Part shown: one piece after another, positions 54,401 to 64,000 of the stretch | Position numbering within the stretch: position 1 is the first letter of the stretch | How the letters are laid out: every line of letters begins with the position of its first letter | Assembly (NCBI GenBank): GCA_040954595.2 | Contig: CM082581.2 | Span: 1,356,699-1,420,698 of the forward strand | DNA: 64,000 bases | Reading direction: 5' to 3' | Source: Balanoglossus misakiensis | Taxonomy: Eukaryota; Animalia; Hemichordata | Made by a program: the position numbers and the translations under genes | Notes under the pieces: model-generated | Told to the model about the DNA's origin: nothing | Seen by the model: only the letters and a program-made list of their open reading frames with translations | Database searches by the model: none

Positions 54401-57400
54401 TTTTTGATGATTTTCACCCATGTTTTTTTTTTTAAAAATCGACGAACCTATGATTTTTTTCAAAATCGACGAAATTTTGTGATTTTACAAAGTCGAAAAT
54501 TTTGTCATTTTTTGATGATTTTCAACCATGATTTTTTTTCAAAAATCGACGAAAATTTGAGATTTTGCAAAGACGAAAATTTGTCATTTTTGATGATTTT
54601 TACCCGTGATTTTTTTTCAAAAATGGACGAAATTTTGAGATTTTGCAAAGACGAAAATTTGTCATTTTTTGATGATTTTCACCCATGATTTTTTTTCAAA
54701 AATCGACGAAATTTTGAGATTTTGCAAAGAGGAAAATTTGTCATTTTTTCATGATTTTCCCCCATGATTTTTTCAAAAATCGACGAAATTTTGTGATTTT
54801 ACAAAGTCGAAAATTTTGTCATTTTTTGATGATTTTCTCCCATGATTTTTTTCAAAAATCGACGAAATTTTTAGATTTTGCAAAGTCGAACATTTGTCAT
54901 TTTTTGATGATTTTTACCCATTTTTTTATTTAAAAAAATCGACGAACCCATGATTTTTTTCAAAACCGACGAAATTTTGAGATTTTGCAAAGTCGAAAAT
55001 TTGTCATTTTTTGATGATTTTCACCCATGATTTTTTTCAAAAATCGACGAAATTTTGAGATTTTGCAGTCAAAAATGTGTCATTTTTTGATGATTTTCAC
55101 CCATATTATTTTTCAAATACCGACGAAATTTTGAGATTTTGCAAAGACGAAAATTTGTCATTTTTTGATGATTTACACCCATGATTTTTTCAAAAATTGA
55201 CGAAATTTTGAGATTTTGCAAAGTCGAAAATTTGTCATTTTTTGATGATTTTCACCCATGATTTTTTTCAAAAATCGACGAAATTTTGAGATTTTGCAAA
55301 GTCGAAAATTTGTCATTTTTTGATGATTTTCCCCCGTTTTTTTTTTAAAATGGACGAAAACTTGAGATTTTGCAAATACGAAAATTTGTCATTTTTTGAT
55401 GATTTTCACCCATGATTTTTTCAAAAATTGACGAAATTTTGAGATTTTGCAAAGTCGAAAATTTGTCATTTTTTGATGATTTTCACACACGATTTTTTTC
55501 AAAAATCGACGAAATTGTGAGATTTTGCAAAGACGAAAATTTGTCATTTTTTGATGATTTTTACCCATGATTTTTTTTCAAAAATGGACGAAATTTTGAG
55601 GTTTTGCCAAGTCGAAAATTTGTTATTTTTTGATGATTTTCACACATGATTTTTTTCAAAAATGGACGAAATTTTGAGATTTTGCAAAGTCGAAAATTTG
55701 TCATTTTTTGATGATTTTCCCCCATGATTTTTTTTCAAAAATGGACGAAATTTTGAGATTTTGCAAAGACGAAAATTTGTCATTTTTTGATGATTTTCAC
55801 CCATGATTTTTTTTCAAAAATGGACGAAATTTTGAGGTTTTGCAAAGTCGAAAATTTGTCATTTTTTGATGATTTTCACACATGATTTTTTTCAAAAATG
55901 GACGAAATTTTGAGATTTTGCAAAGTCGAAAATTTGTCATTTTTTGATGATTTTCCCCCATGATTTTTTTTCAAAAATGGACGAAATTTTGAGATTTTGC
56001 AAAGACGAAAATTTGTCATTTTTTGATGATTTTCACCCATGATTTTTTTTCAAAAATCGACGAAATTTTGAGATTTTGCAAAGTCGAAAATGTGTCATTT
56101 TTTGATGATTTTCACCCGTTTTTTTTCAAAATTTGTCATTTTTTGATGATTTTCACCCATGATTTTTTTTCAAAAATCGACGAAATTTTGAGATTTTGCA
56201 AAGTCGAAAATGTGTCATTTTTTGATGATTTTCACCCATGATTTTTTTCAAAAATCGACGAAATTTTGAGATTTTGCGAAGTCGAAAATTTGTCATTTTT
56301 TGATGATTTTCACCCATGATTTTTTTCAAAAATCGACGAAATGTTGAGATTTTGCAAAGTCGAAAATTTGTCATTTTTTGATGATTTTCACCCATGATTT
56401 TTTTCAAAAATCGACGAAATGTTGAGATTTTGCAAAGTCGAAAATTTTGTCATTTTTTGATGATTTTCAACCATGATTTTTTTCAAAAATCGACTAAATG
56501 TTGAGATTTTGCAAAGTCGAAAATGTGTCATTTTTTGATGATTTTCACCCGTTTTTTTTTCAAAATTTGTCATTTTTTCATGATTTTCAACCATGATTTT
56601 TTTTCAAAAATCGACGAAATTTTGTGATTTTACAAAGTCGAAAATTTTGTCATTTTTTGATGATTTTCAACCATGATTTTTTTTCAAAAATCGACGAAAA
56701 TTTGAGATTTTGCAAAGACGAAAATTTGTCATTTTTGATGATTTTTACCCATGATTTTTTTTCAAAAATGGACGAAATTTTGAGATTTTGCAAAGACGAA
56801 AATTTGTCATTTTTTGATGATTTTCACCCATGATTTTTTTTCAAAAATCGACGAAATTTTGAGATTTTGCAAAGTCGTAAATGTGTCATTTTTTGATGAT
56901 TTTCACCAGTTTTTTTTTTCAAAATTTGTCATTTTTTCATGATTTTCCCCCATGATTTTTTTCAAAAATCGACGAAAATTTGAGATTTTGCAGAGACGAA
57001 AATTTGTCATTTTTTATGATTTTTACCCATGATTTTTTTTCAAAAATGGACGAAATTTTGAGATTTTGCAAATACGAAAATTTGTCATTTTTTGATGATT
57101 TTCACCCATGATTTTTTTTCAAAAAACGACGAAATTTTGAGATTTTGCAAAGAGGAAAATTTGTCATTTTTTCATGATTTTCACCCATGATTTTTTTCAA
57201 AAATCGACGAAATTTTGAGATTTTGCAAAGAGGAAAATTTGTCATTTTTTCATGATTTTCCCCCATGATTTTTTTCAAAAATCGACGAAAATTTGAGATT
57301 TTGCAAAGACGAAAATTTGTCATTTTTGATGATTTTACCCATGATTTTTTTTCAAAAATGGACGAAATTTTGAGATTTTGCAAAGACGAAAATTTGTCAT

Positions 57401-60400
57401 TTTTTGATGATTTTCACCAATGATTTTTGTTCAAAAAACGACGAAATTTTGAGATTTTGCAGAGGAAAATGTGTCATTTTTTGATGATTTTCACCCGTTT
57501 TTTTTTTCAAAATTTGTCATTTTTTGATGATTTTCTCCCATGATTTTTTTCAAAAATTGACGAAATTTTGAGATTTTGCAAAGTCGAAAATTTGTCATTT
57601 TTTGATGATTTTCACCCATGTTTTTTTTCAAAAATCGACGAAATTTTGAGATTTTGCAAAGTCGAAAATTTGTCATTTTTTGATGATTTTCCCCCATGTT
57701 TTTTTTTTTAAATGGACGAAATTTTGAGATTTTGCAAAGACGAAAATTTGTTATTTTTTGATGATTTTCACCCATGATTTTTTCAAAAATTGACGAAATT
57801 TTGTGATTTTGCAAAGTCGAAAATTTGTCATTTTTGATGATTTTCACACATGATTTTTTTCAAAAATCGACGAAATTGTGAGATTTTGCAAAGACGAAAA
57901 TTTGTCATTTTTTGATGATTTTCACCCATGATTTTTTTTCAAAAAACGACGAAATTTTGAGATTTTGCAAAGAGGAAAATTTGTCATTTTTTCTTGATTT
58001 TCACCCATGATTTTTTTCAAAAATCGACGAAATTTTGAGATTTTGCAAAGAGGAAAATTTGTCATTTTTTCATGATTTTCCCCCATGATTTTTTTCAAAA
58101 ATCGACGAAAATTTGAGATTTTGCAAAGACGAAAATTTGTCATTTTTGATGATTTTTACCCATGATTTTTTTTCAAAAATGGACGAAATTTTGAGATTTT
58201 GCAAAGACGAAAATTTGTCATTTTTTGATGATTTTCCCCCATGTTTTTTTTTTTAAATGGACGAAATTTTGAGATTTTGCAAAGACGAAAATTTGTCATT
58301 TTTTGATGATTTTTACCCATGATTTTTTTTCAAAAATGGACGAAATTTTGAGATTTTGCCAAGTCGAAAATTTGTTATTTTTTGATGATTTTCACCCATG
58401 TCTTTTTTTAAAAATCGACGAAATTTTGAGATTTTGCAGAGGAAAATTTGTCATTTGTTCATGATTTTCCCCCATGATTTTTTTCAAAAATCGACGAAAT
58501 TTTGAGATTTTGCAAAGTCGACGAAAATGTGTCATTTTTTGATGATTTTTACCCATGATTTTTTTTCAAAAATGGACGAAATTTTGAGGTTTTGCAAAGT
58601 CGAAAATTTGTCATTTTTTGATGATTTTCACACATGATTTTTTTCAAAAATGGACGAAATTTTGAGATTTTGCAAAGTCGAAAATTTGTCATTTTTTGAT
58701 GATTTTCCCCCATGATTTTTTTTCAAAAATGGACGAAATTTTGAGATTTTGCAAAGACGAAAATTTGTCATTTTTTGATGATTTTCACCCATGATTTTTT
58801 TTCAAAAATCGACGAAATTTTGAGATTTTGCAAAGTCGAAAATTTGTCATTTTTTGATGATTTTCACCCGTTTTTTTTCAAAATTTGTCATTTTTTGATG
58901 ATTTTCACCCATGATTTTTTTTCAAAAATCGACGAAATTTTGAGATTTTGCAAAGTCGAAAATGTGTCATTTTTTGATGATTTTCACCCATGATTTTTTT
59001 CAAAAATCGACGAAATTTTGAGATTTTGCGAAGTCGAAAATTTGTCATTTTTTGATGATTTTCACCCATGATTTTTTTCAAAAATCGACGAAATGTTGAG
59101 ATTTTGCAAAGTCGAAAATTTGTCATTTTTTGATGATTTTCACCCATGATTTTTTTCAAAAATCGACGAAATGTTGAGATTTTGCAAAGTCGAAAATTTT
59201 GTCATTTTTTGATGATTTTCAACCATGATTTTTTTCAAAAATCGACTAAATGTTGAGATTTTGCAAAGTCGAAAATGTGTCATTTTTTGATGATTTTCAC
59301 CCGTTTTTTTTTCAAAATTTGTCATTTTTTCATGATTTTCAACCATGATTTTTTTTCAAAAATCGACGAAATTTTGTGATTTTACAAAGTCGAAAATTTT
59401 GTCATTTTTTGATGATTTTCAACCATGATTTTTTTTCAAAAATCGACGAAAATTTGAGATTTTGCAAAGACGAAAATTTGTCATTTTTGATGATTTTTAC
59501 CCATGATTTTTTTTCAAAAATGGACGAAATTTTGAGATTTTGCAAAGACGAAAATTTGTCATTTTTTGATGATTTTCACCCATGATTTTTTTTCAAAAAT
59601 CGACGAAATTTTGAGATTTTGCAAAGTCGTAAATGTGTCATTTTTTGATGATTTTCACCAGTTTTTTTTTTCAAAATTTGTCATTTTTTCATGATTTTCC
59701 CCCATGATTTTTTTCAAAAATCGACGAAAATTTGAGATTTTGCAGAGACGAAAATTTGTCATTTTTTATGATTTTTACCCATGATTTTTTTTCAAAAATG
59801 GACGAAATTTTGAGATTTTGCAAATACGAAAATTTGTCATTTTTTGATGATTTTCACCCATGATTTTTTTTCAAAAAACGACGAAATTTTGAGATTTTGC
59901 AAAGAGGAAAATTTGTCATTTTTTCATGATTTTCACCCATGATTTTTTTCAAAAATCGACGAAATTTTGAGATTTTGCAAAGAGGAAAATTTGTCATTTT
60001 TTCATGATTTTCCCCCATGATTTTTTTCAAAAATCGACGAAAATTTGAGATTTTGCAAAGACGAAAATTTGTCATTTTTGATGATTTTACCCATGATTTT
60101 TTTTCAAAAATGGACGAAATTTTGAGATTTTGCAAAGACGAAAATTTGTCATTTTTTGATGATTTTCACCAATGATTTTTGTTCAAAAAACGACGAAATT
60201 TTGAGATTTTGCAGAGGAAAATGTGTCATTTTTTGATGATTTTCACCCGTTTTTTTTTTCAAAATTTGTCATTTTTTGATGATTTTCTCCCATGATTTTT
60301 TTCAAAAATTGACGAAATTTTGAGATTTTGCAAAGTCGAAAATTTGTCATTTTTTGATGATTTTCACCCATGTTTTTTTTCAAAAATCGACGAAATTTTG

Positions 60401-63400
60401 AGATTTTGCAAAGTCGAAAATTTGTCATTTTTTGATGATTTTCCCCCATGTTTTTTTTTTTAAATGGACGAAATTTTGAGATTTTGCAAAGACGAAAATT
60501 TGTTATTTTTTGATGATTTTCACCCATGATTTTTTCAAAAATTGACGAAATTTTGTGATTTTGCAAAGTCGAAAATTTGTCATTTTTGATGATTTTCACA
60601 CATGATTTTTTTCAAAAATCGACGAAATTGTGAGATTTTGCAAAGACGAAAATTTGTCATTTTTTGATGATTTTCACCCATGATTTTTTTTCAAAAAACG
60701 ACGAAATTTTGAGATTTTGCAAAGAGGAAAATTTGTCATTTTTTCTTGATTTTCACCCATGATTTTTTTCAAAAATCGACGAAATTTTGAGATTTTGCAA
60801 AGAGGAAAATTTGTCATTTTTTCATGATTTTCCCCCATGATTTTTTTCAAAAATCGACGAAAATTTGAGATTTTGCAAAGACGAAAATTTGTCATTTTTG
60901 ATGATTTTTACCCATGATTTTTTTTCAAAAATGGACGAAATTTTGAGATTTTACAAAGTCGAAAATTTTGTCATTTTTTGATGATTTTCAACCATGATTT
61001 TTTTTCAAAAATCGACGAAAATTTGAGATTTTGCAAAGACGAAAATTTGTCATTTTTGATGATTTTTACCCATGATTTTTTTTCAAAAATGGACGAAATT
61101 TTGAGATTTTGCAAAGACGAAAATTTGTCATTTTTTGATGATTTTCACCCATGATTTTTTTTCAAAAATCGACGAAATTTTGAGATTTTGCAAAGTCGTA
61201 AATGTGTCATTTTTTGATGATTTTCACCAGTTTTTTTTTTCAAAATTTGTCATTTTTTCATGATTTTCCCCCATGATTTTTTTCAAAAATCGACGAAAAT
61301 TTGAGATTTTGCAGAGACGAAAATTTGTCATTTTTTATGATTTTTACCCATGATTTTTTTTCAAAAATGGACGAAATTTTGAGATTTTGCAAATACGAAA
61401 ATTTGTCATTTTTTGATGATTTTCACCCATGATTTTTTTTCAAAAAACGACGAAATTTTGAGATTTTGCAAAGAGGAAAATTTGTCATTTTTTCATGATT
61501 TTCACCCATGATTTTTTTCAAAAATCGACGAAATTTTGAGATTTTGCAAAGAGGAAAATTTGTCATTTTTTCATGATTTTCCCCCATGATTTTTTTCAAA
61601 AATCGACGAAAATTTGAGATTTTGCAAAGACGAAAATTTGTCATTTTTGATGATTTTACCCATGATTTTTTTTCAAAAATGGACGAAATTTTGAGATTTT
61701 GCAAAGACGAAAATTTGTCATTTTTTGATGATTTTCACCAATGATTTTTGTTCAAAAAACGACGAAATTTTGAGATTTTGCAGAGGAAAATGTGTCATTT
61801 TTTGATGATTTTCACCCGTTTTTTTTTTCAAAATTTGTCATTTTTTGATGATTTTCTCCCATGATTTTTTTCAAAAATTGACGAAATTTTGAGATTTTGC
61901 AAAGTCGAAAATTTGTCATTTTTTGATGATTTTCACCCATGTTTTTTTTCAAAAATCGACGAAATTTTGAGATTTTGCAAAGTCGAAAATTTGTCATTTT
62001 TTGATGATTTTCCCCCATGTTTTTTTTTTTAAATGGACGAAATTTTGAGATTTTGCAAAGACGAAAATTTGTTATTTTTTGATGATTTTCACCCATGATT
62101 TTTTCAAAAATTGACGAAATTTTGTGATTTTGCAAAGTCGAAAATTTGTCATTTTTGATGATTTTCACACATGATTTTTTTCAAAAATCGACGAAATTGT
62201 GAGATTTTGCAAAGACGAAAATTTGTCATTTTTTGATGATTTTCACCCATGATTTTTTTTCAAAAAACGACGAAATTTTGAGATTTTGCAAAGAGGAAAA
62301 TTTGTCATTTTTTCTTGATTTTCACCCATGATTTTTTTCAAAAATCGACGAAATTTTGAGATTTTGCAAAGAGGAAAATTTGTCATTTTTTCATGATTTT
62401 CCCCCATGATTTTTTTCAAAAATCGACGAAAATTTGAGATTTTGCAAAGACGAAAATTTGTCATTTTTGATGATTTTTACCCATGATTTTTTTTCAAAAA
62501 TGGACGAAATTTTGAGATTTTGCAAAGACGAAAATTTGTCATTTTTTGATGATTTTCCCCCATGTTTTTTTTTTTAAATGGACGAAATTTTGAGATTTTG
62601 CAAAGACGAAAATTTGTCATTTTTTGATGATTTTTACCCATGATTTTTTTTCAAAAATGGACGAAATTTTGAGATTTTGCCAAGTCGAAAATTTGTTATT
62701 TTTTGATGATTTTCACCCATGTCTTTTTTTAAAAATCGACGAAATTTTGAGATTTTGCAGAGGAAAATTTGTCATTTGTTCATGATTTTCCCCCATGATT
62801 TTTTTCAAAAATCGACGAAATTTTGAGATTTTGCAAAGTCGACGAAAATGTGTCATTTTTTGATGATTTTTACCCATGATTTTTTTTCAAAAATGGACGA
62901 AATTTTGAGGTTTTGCAAAGTCGAAAATTTGTCATTTTTTGATGATTTTCACACATGATTTTTTTCAAAAATGGACGAAATTTTGAGATTTTGCAAAGTC
63001 GAAAATTTGTCATTTTTTGATGATTTTCCCCCATGATTTTTTTTCAAAAATGGACGAAATTTTGAGATTTTGCAAAGACGAAAATTTGTCATTTTTTGAT
63101 GATTTTCACCCATGATTTTTTTTCAAAAATCGACGAAATTTTGAGATTTTGCAAAGTCGAAAATGTGTCATTTTTTGATGATTTTCACCCGTTTTTTTTC
63201 AAAATTTGTCATTTTTTGATGATTTTCACCCATGATTTTTTTTCAAAAATCGACGAAATTTTGAGATTTTGCAAAGTCGAAAATGTGTCATTTTTTGATG
63301 ATTTTCACCCATGATTTTTTTCAAAAATCGACGAAATTTTGAGATTTTGCGAAGTCGAAAATTTGTCATTTTTTGATGATTTTCACCCATGATTTTTTTC

Positions 63401-64000
63401 AAAAATCGACGAAATGTTGAGATTTTGCAAAGTCGAAAATTTGTCATTTTTTGATGATTTTCACCCATGATTTTTTTCAAAAATCGACGAAATGTTGAGA
63501 TTTTGCAAAGTCGAAAATTTTGTCATTTTTTGATGATTTTCAACCATGATTTTTTTCAAAAATCGACTAAATGTTGAGATTTTGCAAAGTCGAAAATGTG
63601 TCATTTTTTGATGATTTTCACCCGTTTTTTTTTCAAAATTTGTCATTTTTTCATGATTTTCAACCATGATTTTTTTTCAAAAATCGACGAAATTTTGTGA
63701 TTTTACAAAGTCGAAAATTTTGTCATTTTTTGATGATTTTCAACCATGATTTTTTTTCAAAAATCGACGAAAATTTGAGATTTTGCAAAGACGAAAATTT
63801 GTCATTTTTGATGATTTTTACCCATGATTTTTTTTCAAAAATGGACGAAATTTTGAGATTTTGCAAAGACGAAAATTTGTCATTTTTTGATGATTTTCAC
63901 CCATGATTTTTTTTCAAAAATCGACGAAATTTTGAGATTTTGCAAAGTCGTAAATGTGTCATTTTTTGATGATTTTCACCAGTTTTTTTTTTCAAAATTT
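15421..64000 (+). repeat. 78-bp AT-rich satellite DNA array (>48 kb, roughly 600+ monomers, continues past the window end)
   Basis: Consensus CATGATTTTTTTCAAAAATCGACGAAATTTTGAGATTTTGCAAAGTCGAAAATTTGTCATTTTTTGATGATTTTCACC, head-to-tail in a single orientation. The 26-aa periodicity MGENHQKMTNFRLCKISKFRRFLKKI in spurious ORFs confirms 78 bp. Interspersed ~41-42-bp and ~30-bp deletion monomers. Confidence 0.98.

Noticed and set aside
15268-63906. Over a hundred short ORFs with repeating peptides (MGENHQKMTNFRLCKISKFRRFLKKI etc.)
   Set aside because: Artefacts of a 78-bp (3x26) AT-rich monomer with a stop-free frame, constantly frameshifted by homopolymer-length changes; no coding constraint.
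15421-64000. CRISPR-like array or information-storing repeat system
   Set aside because: No unique spacers, no cas genes, eukaryotic context. Variation is point changes and deletions propagated by duplication.

Overview
Eukaryotic, gene-free, repeat-dominated window; the element families suggest an animal genome (inference). 1-5.6 kb is non-coding, with microsatellites and two foldback MITEs bounded by TTAA. 5.6-15.4 kb is a nested transposon cluster whose history can be read from the junctions. A non-autonomous Helentron-type element (HINE/DINE-like, copy A) received a 5'-truncated LINE (APE tail + RT, RTE-X-like, inactive). The LINE received a 795-bp TTAA-flanked Kolobok-type MITE. A 3107-bp segment was then tandemly duplicated, and a full-length 2080-bp HINE of the same family (copy B) inserted into the first unit only. 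From ~15420 to the window end is one uninterrupted, single-orientation, AT-rich 78-bp satellite array (>48 kb). It begins abruptly inside HINE A and has a divergent edge, variant domains and irregular higher-order duplications, resembling a (peri)centromeric array boundary. No intact gene, RNA gene or CRISPR array was found, and I see no evidence for a novel protein-coding system. Offsets quoted come from identical ORF-track entries or by-eye comparison, not computed alignments.
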